In this document: positions 9,599 through 19,504 of the stretch, piece by piece
Layout: each line of letters begins with the position of its first letter
Numbering within the stretch: position 1 is the first letter of the stretch
From: Nitrospinaceae bacterium
GTDB lineage: Bacteria > Nitrospinota > Nitrospinia > Nitrospinales > Nitrospinaceae
Length of the DNA: 64,000 nucleotides
Direction: 5' to 3'
NCBI GenBank assembly: GCA_965223665.1
Contig: OZ245011.1
Span: 1,344,001 to 1,408,000 of the forward strand
The notes under the pieces: generated by a model
What the model was told of the DNA's origin: nothing
What the model saw: only the letters and a program-made list of their open reading frames with translations
The model's database searches: none
Program-made: the position numbers and the translations under genes

Positions 9599-11087
9599 GT
9601 TTATCTTCCTTAATAGGAAATATAATTGTAAAACAAGTTTGCCCTTTTCTAGAAACAAAAATTTGCCCTTGCAGTTGCTCTTCTGATAATTTTTTCACCA
9701 ATCGAAGCCCTAATGTTTGTGTTGTATTAAAATCCCAATCTGGGGATAAACCTACACCGTTATCACTAACTTTAAATTCAACCCTGTTTGATGCAGGGTC
9801 AGTAAGTTTCAAAGAAACTTTAATATCCCCTTTCCGATTGTCTGGGAACGCATGTTTTAAAGCATTTGAAATTAATTCCTGCAAAATCAGACTACAAGGC
9901 ACAATTTTATTAATACCCAATAATAGGGAGTTCGTCTCAATTTGAACGGAAATCTGTTCACTTCTAATTCCATATGCCAAAAGTAAACGACTCACCAAAT
10001 CATTAAAATACTCCCCTAATCCAATTTCCGAAATATTATGGAAATCAAAAATTTTTTCATAAAGTAACGCCATAGATTCGATTCTTTGCGAACATTCTTT
10101 AAAAACCTCAATTGCGTTTACATTAGATGTATGATTTGATTGAAGGCGTAACAAGCTTGAAATAATTTGCAAATTATTTTTGACTCTATGATGGATCTCA
10201 CCGAGAAGAATATCCTTATCCTTTAAGGATCTCTCTAGATTTTCTTGTACGGACTCTCTTTCTACTATTTCTTGATTAAGGTTCTTATTGGCATTAGAAA
10301 GCTTCAAATTTGTATCCGATAATTCTTTTGTTCGAAGTTTTACCTTTTCTTCTAATTGGTTTTTATAATTCTCAAGCTCTTTTCCTCTATTTTCTATTCG
10401 AGTTAGCATTTCATTAAACCCCAAATACAATGTACCAATTTCATCCCTTGTATTGTGTGCCACACGAATCGAAAAATCGTGATTCTTTGATAAGCGCTTT
10501 GTTGTCTCAGCAAGATTTAAAATTGGCTTTGAAATGATTGACTGAAGTTTAATAGAAAACAAAAGAGACAAAAGCATTGCCGTCAGAAAAATAAACAATG
10601 CAAGCAATGAATACGTTTTCAATAAATTTTTGTATTCTATCAGCTTTGCCCGAATCACAATTTCTCCAATATTTTTTGATTTAAGAAATATAGGACTGCG
10701 GATTTCAATATCCTCTTCGAAAAAATTGAAAAACCAGTTCTCATTTTCTTCTTTATATGGAGTTTTTGATTCTAAATTTGATGGGTTAAATTCGACTAAC
10801 AATTCCTTCGACTGGGTATACAAAGCTGCATAATATACCTGAGGCTCCGCCTCTACCGATGAAAGAATTTGAAGAGCCGCATCTTTATCCTCAAAGCGAA
10901 GGGCTGCCTGATTATTATTTCCCACTGCCTCTGCCAAAACTTTTAAATTTCTGACCATGTTGGATTTAAATAGTCTTAAATCGTTTATGGCAAAAATGCT
11001 ACATGTCAATATCAATGTTAAAAAGGAAACTGCTAAAAACATGCAAACCATTTTCCATTTAATTGGCAAATCTAAAATGGAATTCAT
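9579..11087 (-). CDS. Membrane sensor histidine kinase (periplasmic CHASE8-like domain, HAMP, HisKA_2, HATPase)
   Basis: Two TMs flanking AALRFEDKDAA..IL; HAMP (DEIGTL..GFNEML); EIHHRVKNNLQIISSLL; ELISNALKHAFP; DNGVG. Confidence 0.92.
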   Translation of the reverse strand: MNSILDLPIKWKMVCMFLAVSFLTLILTCSIFAINDLRLFKSNMVRNLKVLAEAVGNNNQAALRFEDKDAALQILSSVEAEPQVYYAALYTQSKELLVEFNPSNLESKTPYKEENENWFFNFFEEDIEIRSPIFLKSKNIGEIVIRAKLIEYKNLLKTYSLLALFIFLTAMLLSLLFSIKLQSIISKPILNLAETTKRLSKNHDFSIRVAHNTRDEIGTLYLGFNEMLTRIENRGKELENYKNQLEEKVKLRTKELSDTNLKLSNANKNLNQEIVERESVQENLERSLKDKDILLGEIHHRVKNNLQIISSLLRLQSNHTSNVNAIEVFKECSQRIESMALLYEKIFDFHNISEIGLGEYFNDLVSRLLLAYGIRSEQISVQIETNSLLLGINKIVPCSLILQELISNALKHAFPDNRKGDIKVSLKLTDPASNRVEFKVSDNGVGLSPDWDFNTTQTLGLRLVKKLSEEQLQGQIFVSRKGQTCFTIIFPIKEDKHDNKRP

Positions 11088-11665
11088 AGTGGGTTATCCT
11101 TCACAATAATGGCTAAATTAAGAAGAAATGAACTAATTTCTATTCCCTGTCTTTTTAAAGCCATTCGATTGATCTCAAATTTTACTTTATTATTTCTTTC
11201 AATAAAATTAATCCCCGCCCCTAAGGAACCATATCCTTCCGATTCCCCAATAATTAAAGTAGGGTTTCCATTTAATACTTTTAAAATGTGTTGAAAATCA
11301 TCATCATTCTTCCCAGTTACAAATACGATGTCACATTTTTTAAGAACCTTATCCGGAACATTTTCATAAATAATAATATTTTTTTTTAGAATACCTTCAT
11401 CCTTTGCAATTGAAAAAAGGTTTCCAAATTTGTTAGTCCCAATAACGCATAATGCATATTTAGGGAGTTCAGTTTCTTGGTTGGGGGTATTAGGCCATCT
11501 TAAAAAATCAATGAACTTCGATACTAGGCTGGCCTTAATAGTATATTCTCTGTTAACAGGAACGGCTTCTACCAGTTTCTCCATTTGAAGAGAAAAAAAT
11601 AGGAACAGAGAAATTAATTTAATAAAGGAGAAAATATATCCTTTGGATAATTTCGAGGGGTTCAT
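11084..11665 (-). CDS. YfiR-family (DUF4154) periplasmic protein
   Basis: EYTIKASLVSKFIDFLRWP, LCVIG, CDIVFV, INFIERNNKVKFEIN, ISSFLLNLA; its stop overlaps the kinase start. Confidence 0.88.
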   Translation of the reverse strand: MNPSKLSKGYIFSFIKLISLFLFFSLQMEKLVEAVPVNREYTIKASLVSKFIDFLRWPNTPNQETELPKYALCVIGTNKFGNLFSIAKDEGILKKNIIIYENVPDKVLKKCDIVFVTGKNDDDFQHILKVLNGNPTLIIGESEGYGSLGAGINFIERNNKVKFEINRMALKRQGIEISSFLLNLAIIVKDNPL

Positions 11666-11689
11666 TGGTAAGCATTATCGTCTTAAATA

Positions 11690-13768
11690 TTAAAACCTCA
11701 TAATTACCTTAGCAAAAAATCCCCTTTGCGTTTCAGACGCCGCTTCGAAACCACCTTGAAATTCCTGGTGACTAGCATCCGTAAGGTTTTGGGCCACTAA
11801 TGAGATATCCAGCTTTTCACAAGGCCTCCACCCCAGTCTTAAATCCAAGCGGTGAAATTCGGGAATGTTTGCTGCTTTATATCGACTAACATAATAATAT
11901 GAGATATCAAATTGAATATGCTTTGTGATATTAAGAAAAGAATTAAGAACAATTCTATTCTTGGGTTCTCCTTCTGCATTGAACGCCGTCGCTATCACAT
12001 TACTATCGGTGACTTTCAATTCAGTGAGAGCCAAAGAGTAGTTTCCAGAAATTCTCCAATTGGAAAGAATTTGCCATTGAATAACCACTTCAAAACCGTA
12101 GACAAATCCATCCAAGGCATTTGCATTTCTGAAATTAAGCCCATCTGGTGTAACAAAATCCACAAGATCTGTATAGTCAAACCAAAATCCGGAAAATTCA
12201 AAAAATAGTTTTGAATTTTTTCGAAATTTGTACCCAAATTCGTAAGCCGTTAGATTTTCAGCTTCCGTTTCTCCATCAACTTCTCTAAAAATAATAGGAG
12301 CAACTCCACCTGTTGAAAAAATATTCAATGTAGCGTCTTCGTCTCTAGGGCTGGGAATCCTAACCGCACGCGAAATCGCCGCCCAAAATGAATGGTTAGG
12401 ATGCGGTGTCCACAATGTACGAATATTTGGTTGCACTTCAAAACCGGAAAATCTATTGTGCTCAAATTTTGAACCAATGATTAAACTCCAGGTTTCCGGG
12501 ACTAATGTAATTTCATCATGTATAAACAATCCAAATAAATTCGAATTTTTCCTGGAAATTCTTAATAAATCCCCACCAAAATCATAGGCCTGAAATTGAT
12601 AATTAAGTCCCCAAGAAAAATTATTTCTTTTTCCAATTAAAAAATCATGCTGGATATCTATGTCAAATTTTTGGATAGTATTTTCAACAATATTTTGAGC
12701 TTCTCGAGAGACAATGTCATAATAAAGTTGAAAAATAAATCTTGAGCCTTTTTCTATTGTTCGCGTCCAGCGGCTTAATATATTTGCTCCTTTTTGAATT
12801 AAACCTGCTTGGACAGGAGCATTCCCCGCAGTATCGGAAATAAAAACGCTTGGATAATTAGTTTCAGAATCTAAATAGTAGGCATCCCCTTGCAGAGTAA
12901 AAAAATCTTGTTTCCTCTCAAAATCTGACCGAAAGCCAATTTGACCCATCTGTTTCTCATCAAAGGCTCGATTTCCATTTGCATCGATACCATCATCGCG
13001 GTCCCTATATTTTCCATAAAATCTATAAGTCAATCCATTTTCCATTTCACCGCCGTGCCTATAGGTAATAAAGGCCTTTTCTTCTGTACCTGCGCCTCCA
13101 GCCACTAGGTTTCCTTGCGTTTTCCTAGAAGTTTTTGTAATAATGTTTATAACTCCAGCCACAGCGTTGGAACCCCAAAGTGCAGCCCCTGGTCCCCGTA
13201 TAACTTCAATTCGATCTACATCTTCCAGCATAACGTCCTGACCAATCCAAAACACGGTAGAAGAACCAGGGCTATAAATAGATCGACCATCGATTAAGAC
13301 TAAAAGTTTGTCGGACCCACTTCTTTGGTTAAAACCTCGAATGGAAATGGTATAGGTATTTTGATTGATTTTCGAAACTTGCATACCCGGCGCAATCCGT
13401 AAAGCCTCCATAAGATTAACAGCACCTACACGCTTAATATCCTTTTGAGTAATCACAAAAACCGCCGAAGCGGTTTTATGCAAGTCTTGTGGCTTTCGAC
13501 TGACTGAAGTGACAGTGATTTCGGTTTCCAATAATTGTCGCATGTCCATTTTCATCAGCTCTAATTGTTCCTCAGTTATTTGTTTCTCACTGCCAAAACC
13601 ATTCAAAGGCATAAAACACATCATTAGAAAACTAAGAGAACAAAGATAAAAAACTAAACTCATTTCCAAATTAAATTGGCAAAGAAACTTAGGTAAAGTT
13701 GAATTTGGTAAAAATGACCACTTCTTGACAATCAAACTCAATAGGCTTCGAAAAAATTTTTTATCCAT
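11690..13768 (-). CDS. TonB-dependent outer-membrane receptor
   Basis: Plug motifs VTSVSRK, LRIAPG, ISIRGF, LLVLIDGR, DRIEVIRGPGAALWGSNAVAGVINIITK; C-terminal Phe. True start may be a downstream Met. Confidence 0.93.
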   Translation of the reverse strand: MDKKFFRSLLSLIVKKWSFLPNSTLPKFLCQFNLEMSLVFYLCSLSFLMMCFMPLNGFGSEKQITEEQLELMKMDMRQLLETEITVTSVSRKPQDLHKTASAVFVITQKDIKRVGAVNLMEALRIAPGMQVSKINQNTYTISIRGFNQRSGSDKLLVLIDGRSIYSPGSSTVFWIGQDVMLEDVDRIEVIRGPGAALWGSNAVAGVINIITKTSRKTQGNLVAGGAGTEEKAFITYRHGGEMENGLTYRFYGKYRDRDDGIDANGNRAFDEKQMGQIGFRSDFERKQDFFTLQGDAYYLDSETNYPSVFISDTAGNAPVQAGLIQKGANILSRWTRTIEKGSRFIFQLYYDIVSREAQNIVENTIQKFDIDIQHDFLIGKRNNFSWGLNYQFQAYDFGGDLLRISRKNSNLFGLFIHDEITLVPETWSLIIGSKFEHNRFSGFEVQPNIRTLWTPHPNHSFWAAISRAVRIPSPRDEDATLNIFSTGGVAPIIFREVDGETEAENLTAYEFGYKFRKNSKLFFEFSGFWFDYTDLVDFVTPDGLNFRNANALDGFVYGFEVVIQWQILSNWRISGNYSLALTELKVTDSNVIATAFNAEGEPKNRIVLNSFLNITKHIQFDISYYYVSRYKAANIPEFHRLDLRLGWRPCEKLDISLVAQNLTDASHQEFQGGFEAASETQRGFFAKVIMRF

Positions 13769-13926
13769 GGAAATTCCGATCCGCCCTACACCTTTTAAGC
13801 TAATCCATTATATTTGACATGCTAAAATATTTGGCAAAAAAAATATGGACTTTAGAATAAAAATGCGGTATGTTGGCACAAAATTTTGGAATGCAAAATA
13901 AATTAATTTAGTTTAGGGGGGTTATT

Positions 13927-14160
13927 ATGCACTCAAAAATGCAAAATGCAATTATGGAAATTTTGGGGAATGTTAATTATCGAGAAAATTTAGCTGAAGA
14001 CCCAGGCAAAATTCAAAAAGATTTTGATTTAAATGAAAAGGAATTCCAGGCTTTAAACTCGAAAGTAAGCATAGGCCCAAGAGTTGTAACTGACCATGAA
14101 GTCAGCTCTTGTGTTTGTATTTGTTGCACTGCATCAGTAATTCAATTAGCAACAAAATAA
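13927..14160 (+). CDS. RiPP precursor peptide (NHLP-clan-like helical leader; Cys/Ser/Thr-rich core SSCVCICCTAS)
   Basis: 77 aa, first gene of a YcaO operon. Leader YRENLAEDP...FDLNEKEFQAL matches the FR..L..DP...LT..E...L pattern; four Cys are clustered near the C-terminus. Confidence 0.85.
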   Translation: MHSKMQNAIMEILGNVNYRENLAEDPGKIQKDFDLNEKEFQALNSKVSIGPRVVTDHEVSSCVCICCTASVIQLATK

Positions 14161-14195
14161 ATTCATAGGTATGGATATTTTGGGGGGCATTTCAA

Positions 14196-15227
14196 ATGGA
14201 GAGGAGTTTAACCTCTTTAACAGTTGAATATGCAAATACCTCCCTGCCAAAGAATCCATTTCTGGCTCCTTGGCTTCATTGCATTGATTTTGGTGATGGG
14301 CGATTACAATTTCGTGGATCACAGTTCTCTTTCACACTATCTCATCCTCTATTTGTAAACACCTTCTTAAAAATTCGTGATCTGCTAAATGGTGACCATC
14401 AAATTGAGGAAATAGCTTCTTCTGGAGGAGAAGCTATTCTCCCGACTACTATAATTTTTGTTCTCAAAATATTGCGAGCTAATGGTATTCTTCATGAGTT
14501 CCATCCATTTTTTACTTCCTTCAACAATTTAGAAAAACGCCGAGCCGTTTTTCTCTCCCAGGTTTTACAAGACCCTGGGCATTCCATTGAAGTATTTTCT
14601 CAATCTCGAATTGGGCTGATTGGAGATTCTTCTCTTATTGATGAAGTCCGAGAATCTTTAGGCTCGATAGGAATAAATGAAATTTTCCTCCCAAGTTTTG
14701 AGTCTCTGAAAAAAACAGTAGAGACAGAGAAATTAGATTTTTTAATTGTTTGCAAAGAATCTCCCAGCTTCTCTTTTTATGAAAAAATAAATTCAAAATG
14801 CCTTGATTTGGGTATCCGCTGGATGCATGTAACCATGGATGGAACTTCAGCATTAATTGGTCCTACAATTGTTCCCTTTCAAACCGCGTGCTATAAATGT
14901 TTCACTACGCGCATTGAATTTTTGGTGCCTGATTTGGAAGGCTATGTTGCCTTCAAAAAGGAGCAAAATCAAACATCGAGAGATAACGGATATTTCTCTG
15001 CTTTAGGAAAGACTGTAGGTAGTCAAGTCGCTATGGAAATAGCCCGTATTTATTTAGGTTTTTCGCCTCCTAAAACATTTGGGCGCTATTATCAGTTTAA
15101 TATCAATGATATGGAGTCAGTTGGGCATTCGATTCTTCGTTTTCCAAGATGCTCCGCTTGCTATAACAAAAAATCTCCTTTGGACATTTGGGATTCCAGC
15201 ATTTCCGCCCAATGGACAAATATTTAG
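14196..15227 (+). CDS. TOMM leader-binding / E1-like (ThiF-like) cyclodehydratase partner ('C' protein)
   Basis: N-terminal RRE-like region (LLNGDHQIEEIA...LRANGIL), IGPTIVPFQTACYKC, and C-terminal H.ILRFPRCSAC zinc motifs. Confidence 0.85.
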   Translation: MERSLTSLTVEYANTSLPKNPFLAPWLHCIDFGDGRLQFRGSQFSFTLSHPLFVNTFLKIRDLLNGDHQIEEIASSGGEAILPTTIIFVLKILRANGILHEFHPFFTSFNNLEKRRAVFLSQVLQDPGHSIEVFSQSRIGLIGDSSLIDEVRESLGSIGINEIFLPSFESLKKTVETEKLDFLIVCKESPSFSFYEKINSKCLDLGIRWMHVTMDGTSALIGPTIVPFQTACYKCFTTRIEFLVPDLEGYVAFKKEQNQTSRDNGYFSALGKTVGSQVAMEIARIYLGFSPPKTFGRYYQFNINDMESVGHSILRFPRCSACYNKKSPLDIWDSSISAQWTNI

Positions 15228-15239
15228 TTTTAAGGAGAA

Positions 15240-16613
15240 TTGACTTTGCCATGCTCGAATCTTTCATTACGAAAGTTAAAAAAAAGTCCTGAAGTTCCTC
15301 TAGAAGAGTGCCTGGAAAGAGCTAAGAGATTAGTAAGCGATAAAGTTGGAATTATCTCCAAAGCAGAAATATTGAGTCTTCCCCCAGGAGAACCGGCGGT
15401 GTTTCATGCTAGAACAGTTCCTGCTGACATCTCAAGTGCCACTGGATACAAGACCATGAATTTTGGATCGGCTATTTCTACCAACGAAGATATAGCTATC
15501 ATAAAAGCGGTAGGGGAAAGTGTTGAACGCTATTGCTCGTCGTTTATTGATGAAAATAATTTGGTCCGAGCCACGCAAAAAGAATTAAAGGGTAAAAGTA
15601 TTGACCTTGAGAAATGGGTCCTTTTTAGTGAAAAACAATATGCACAACCTAATTTCAAATACCCTAAAATTAATTCAGATACCTCTCTCTATTGGACGCA
15701 AGGTTTTTCCATTTCGCAAGATTACCCAATATGGATTCCAGCTTCACTAGTTTATATGCCCTATTTATACCGTAAAGACGAACCAATTTTTCACAATCAA
15801 ATTTCGACCGGATTAGCCTGTGGCGTCAATTTAGCCTCTGCTATTTATAGAGGTATCCTAGAAGTAGTGGAAAGAGACGCTTTCATGATTGTCTGGCACA
15901 ATCGGCTCAATTGTCCTTCTCTTGATACATCAAACATAGAGGATTCCTATGTGCGATCTTTACTTGATGTATTAGACCAAGCCCCAGTTGAATACTATAT
16001 AAAAGTCTTAACCTTAGATATTGAAGTAACCACGTTACTAGTTCTTGTCTCGAATAAAAATGGATGTCCTCCCCATACCGTCATAGGCATGGCAGTAGAC
16101 TTGGACCCTTTAAAAGCCTTAGGAAGAGCCTTGGAAGAAGGGATTTTAGTTTATTTGGGATTAACCAGGTACCAGCGAGAAAATCCCGTTTACGAAAGAG
16201 ACCCAGAGTACAAACAAGTGGTCACACCCGCAAAACACGGCATCATTCACGCCATGGAACCAGAACTATTGGAAACAGTACAATTCTTGAAAGAAAACCG
16301 AAATATTATGACCCTTAAAGATTTGCCGAACTATCACAATGTCGATCCCGTAGATGCTTGCAAACTGATTGTGGAACTTTTACAAAAAAAAGATTTGGAA
16401 ACACATGTTGCAGACTTAACCACTGTGGATATTGATGACGTTGGCTTTAAAGTCATAAGGGCTATCATTCCAGGAATGCAGCCTTTGGACCTGGATCATG
16501 CTTATCCCTATTTAGGAGGAAAACGTATTTATGAGGTTCCCTTTAAGTTGGGACTCACTCCAAAACCTTTAAAGGAGAATGAGGTTAATCGCGATCCTCA
16601 TCCCTTTCCATAA
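15240..16613 (+). CDS. YcaO cyclodehydratase (azoline-forming 'D' protein)
   Basis: KAVGESVERY, STGLACG, ILEVVERDA ATP-binding motifs; C-terminal PHPFP (PxP); TTG start preceded by an AAGGAG RBS. Confidence 0.95.
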   Translation: MTLPCSNLSLRKLKKSPEVPLEECLERAKRLVSDKVGIISKAEILSLPPGEPAVFHARTVPADISSATGYKTMNFGSAISTNEDIAIIKAVGESVERYCSSFIDENNLVRATQKELKGKSIDLEKWVLFSEKQYAQPNFKYPKINSDTSLYWTQGFSISQDYPIWIPASLVYMPYLYRKDEPIFHNQISTGLACGVNLASAIYRGILEVVERDAFMIVWHNRLNCPSLDTSNIEDSYVRSLLDVLDQAPVEYYIKVLTLDIEVTTLLVLVSNKNGCPPHTVIGMAVDLDPLKALGRALEEGILVYLGLTRYQRENPVYERDPEYKQVVTPAKHGIIHAMEPELLETVQFLKENRNIMTLKDLPNYHNVDPVDACKLIVELLQKKDLETHVADLTTVDIDDVGFKVIRAIIPGMQPLDLDHAYPYLGGKRIYEVPFKLGLTPKPLKENEVNRDPHPFP

Positions 16614-16629
16614 ATTGCAAGGAGGCATC

Positions 16630-17448
16630 ATGGGTAAAATTGTTCAAGATCACCTTCATTTGAATAGTCAAAGGCAGACCCAAGATTATTCGATTAGCGA
16701 AATATATAACGAGAATTCCAAATTACACCCCTCCACAATTCACGCGGTCCTGCCAGCCACAGAATATTCTAAAGAAGAATTGCAAGCCATGATTAAGGGC
16801 TATAAGCAGTACCCTCACGCAAAGAAAATTAAACTCCTAACCCCCAAGCAAGATAGAAAAACATTTTGGGAAGTGATTGAATCCAGAAGATCCATTAAAA
16901 CTTTTGGAGATGAAGCATTGAACTTTGAACAGCTTTCTATAATTCTTTGGCAAAGTTATGGAACTACGGGGGAGATAGATGAACCAGGAGTGGGAAAACG
17001 GCTAAAAAGAGTGGTTCCTTCAGCCGGAGGTCTCTATCCGGGGGAAATTTATCTGGGAGTCCGAAATGTTTCAGGGTTAGACCCAGGAGTTTATCATTAC
17101 AATGTACCTAATCACGAATTAGAGTTGCTCTCCTCAGGAGATCCGACCCAAAGTTTGCATAAAATTTGCTGCCAACAAGATTTTGCCCAAGAAGCTGGAG
17201 TTGTAATAATGATGTCAGCAGTTCTAGAGAGAACAAAGAGAAAATATGGAGAACGAGGATATCGATATGTATTGCTTGATCTGGGTCATCTTGGACAAAA
17301 TATTTATTTGTCATGTACAGCACAACAGTTAGCTGTGGTAACCACCTGCGGATTTTATGATGATTTAGGAAATGATTTTCTCAAACTTGATGGGTTAAAT
17401 GAGTCCCTGATGTATATAGCCTTTATAGGAAAAAATAAGGAACTCTAA
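16630..17448 (+). CDS. SagB/ThcOx-family FMN-dependent dehydrogenase ('B' protein); start revised to the ATG at 16630
   Basis: RRSIK.F, VPSAGGLYP, KYGERGYRYVLLDLGHLGQN; GGAGG RBS at 16621. Confidence 0.93.
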   Translation: MGKIVQDHLHLNSQRQTQDYSISEIYNENSKLHPSTIHAVLPATEYSKEELQAMIKGYKQYPHAKKIKLLTPKQDRKTFWEVIESRRSIKTFGDEALNFEQLSIILWQSYGTTGEIDEPGVGKRLKRVVPSAGGLYPGEIYLGVRNVSGLDPGVYHYNVPNHELELLSSGDPTQSLHKICCQQDFAQEAGVVIMMSAVLERTKRKYGERGYRYVLLDLGHLGQNIYLSCTAQQLAVVTTCGFYDDLGNDFLKLDGLNESLMYIAFIGKNKEL

Positions 17449-17518
17449 ATCACCATTAATACTTCAATATCATACGATTTAAAACATTTATTGGAATGTA
17501 AAATCTCAAAGCATAAAA

Positions 17519-18709
17519 TTATTTATTATTTACGGTTTGATATCTTTCTTGCCTCAATGTCTCTAAAGAATAAAAAGTGTCTCGCCAATATATCCCACCC
17601 TGTTTCCACGTTTTAAAACTGGAAATTAAAATTGCATACATTTCTAAAATCACAGCAATAGGAAATAGAAAGTGGTGAAACCATCGTATTTCAAAATGAG
17701 TACCTAAGTAACCATACAATCCATGCATACCCAGCAAAGAACTTAAATATCCAAAAGCCTCAACCTCAGGAAACAAAAATAAACCTGCATAGGGTAATAA
17801 ATATAGGACGATAAACATAAATAGCCCGAAAAACATTTTCCCCCATGAATATTCAAAAGAAGCAAACATATTTTTCTCGACACCTTTTAAAGTCGGCTTC
17901 ACGCCATCGTACCATCTAAGCGACAAAGAATTTGTAGCAAAAAGGATTTCTTGTTTTAATCCTTCCTCCTTTATCCTTTTACCTAAAATAAAATCATCTA
18001 AAACGTCCATTTTAAAAGAACGGTGCCCCCCGATAGCCTTATAAGATGAAGTCTTTACTAAGTTAAAAGCCCCAATTCCATAATAACTATATTTTCCATC
18101 TGCAATATGCTCTTGAGTTTTGACGTAAAGAAGAAGGCCAAACAAAAAAAATGTTTTAAAAACCCTATCTAATCCTCCACGACTAAGACCTGCTGGAACT
18201 AAGCACAAATGATCTATCTCAGAATTCAACAAATAATTTACGGATTTATTCAAACTACCTGGTCGAAAATGAACATCTCCATCGGTAAAGAGCAAATAGT
18301 CTCCCCTAGCTGCATCAGCCCCTGTTTGCATCGCGTAATTTTTACCCATCCAATGATTTGGCAAATTAGATATATGGACTGGTTTAACGCGATTATCTTT
18401 CATTCCCCACTGATCAATAATAGAACCAGTATCATCAGAAGAACGATCATCCACTGCTATGATTTCAATATTGGGGTATTGGGTATTCAGGAGAGATTGA
18501 ATTGTATTTCCAATATCATTAGCTTCATTCCTTGCGGGGACTATTACTGACAACAAAGGAAAACCCGCTTCAGGAGAATGGGGTTTAGCCAATTTTTCAA
18601 GATGACCATTGCGAATCAGGGGGACCAAACGCAGAATGGCATGGAACCACAAAAAAAATAATATCCAGCCTAGCCAGATCATTTTTTTAAACGAAAATTG
18701 TGAATTCAA
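17519..18709 (-). CDS. Membrane glycosyltransferase, family 2
   Basis: SVIVPARNE, VDDRSSD.T, WMGKNYA, LFTDGD, LDD; C-terminal TMs and WRD. Confidence 0.88.
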   Translation of the reverse strand: MNSQFSFKKMIWLGWILFFLWFHAILRLVPLIRNGHLEKLAKPHSPEAGFPLLSVIVPARNEANDIGNTIQSLLNTQYPNIEIIAVDDRSSDDTGSIIDQWGMKDNRVKPVHISNLPNHWMGKNYAMQTGADAARGDYLLFTDGDVHFRPGSLNKSVNYLLNSEIDHLCLVPAGLSRGGLDRVFKTFFLFGLLLYVKTQEHIADGKYSYYGIGAFNLVKTSSYKAIGGHRSFKMDVLDDFILGKRIKEEGLKQEILFATNSLSLRWYDGVKPTLKGVEKNMFASFEYSWGKMFFGLFMFIVLYLLPYAGLFLFPEVEAFGYLSSLLGMHGLYGYLGTHFEIRWFHHFLFPIAVILEMYAILISSFKTWKQGGIYWRDTFYSLETLRQERYQTVNNK

Positions 18710-18718
18710 GAATCAGGT

Positions 18719-19504
18719 TCAAGATCGGCTTTCCCCTTTACTCAAAACATCAATCATGGATTGGTGAACATGTCCATTCGTGGCAAGGATTTCCCGATCT
18801 CCAAATTTGAAGGGCGATCCATCAAAGCGGGTTACTTTGCCACCTGCCTCCTGGACAATAAGCCATCCGGCTGCATAATCCCAAGGGTGAAGTTTTAGTT
18901 CCCAAAATCCTTCAAACCGACCCATAGCCGTGTACACCAAATCCATGGCAGCCGAACCTGGGCGACGAACGGCTTGGCATTCTTTTACAAAATTTGCAAA
19001 GTGATCCAAATTATTATGGCAAGAATTTATTACGTCGTATGCAAAACCCGTAACCAATAAACTCTGCTTAAGAATTGAGATATCCGAAACATGGATTGGT
19101 TTGGAATTCAGCTTTGCACCCTGACCAACTTCCGCAACAAAAAGCTCATCCAAACACGGATTATAAACCACGCCCACAACAATTTCCCCAGCACATTGAT
19201 AACCTATAGATACACAATAGCAAGGGAACCCATGAGCAAAGTTAACTGTTCCATCTAATGGATCTATGACCCAAAGATGGTCTGCATTCCCCTGAGTCTC
19301 TCCAGACTCCTCAGCAAGAATTGCATGATCGGGAAAGCGTTCTTTAATTCGACTAATAATTTCCTTTTCGCAAAGGAGATCAACCTCGGTTACTAAGTTT
19401 ATTTCGCCCTTAAAGCTGATTTTACCTACCCGATCTTGACGTTCCTTTTGAATTCTTCCTGCAGCCAATGCCGCTTCCACAGCTACCTGGACGGGGTGGG
19501 TCAT
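18719..19504 (-). CDS. suhB: Inositol monophosphatase (start revised to the ATG at 19504, overlapping the mnmA stop)
   Basis: LVTEVD, AEESG, WVIDPLDGTVNFAHG, RRPGSAA.D, PWDYAAG. Confidence 0.92.
   Translation of the reverse strand: MTHPVQVAVEAALAAGRIQKERQDRVGKISFKGEINLVTEVDLLCEKEIISRIKERFPDHAILAEESGETQGNADHLWVIDPLDGTVNFAHGFPCYCVSIGYQCAGEIVVGVVYNPCLDELFVAEVGQGAKLNSKPIHVSDISILKQSLLVTGFAYDVINSCHNNLDHFANFVKECQAVRRPGSAAMDLVYTAMGRFEGFWELKLHPWDYAAGWLIVQEAGGKVTRFDGSPFKFGDREILATNGHVHQSMIDVLSKGESRS

Noticed and set aside
13874-13890. Sigma54 promoter (TGGCAC...) upstream of the RiPP precursor
   Set aside because: TGGCACAAAATTTTGG lacks the GC at the required -12 position. The TGGCAC near 31248 fails in the same way.
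17519-18709. GT2 as a tailoring enzyme for the RiPP
   Set aside because: It is on the opposite strand, at the end of the rsmD-mnmA-suhB run, and looks like a membrane lipid-type GT2. Only adjacency supports a link.
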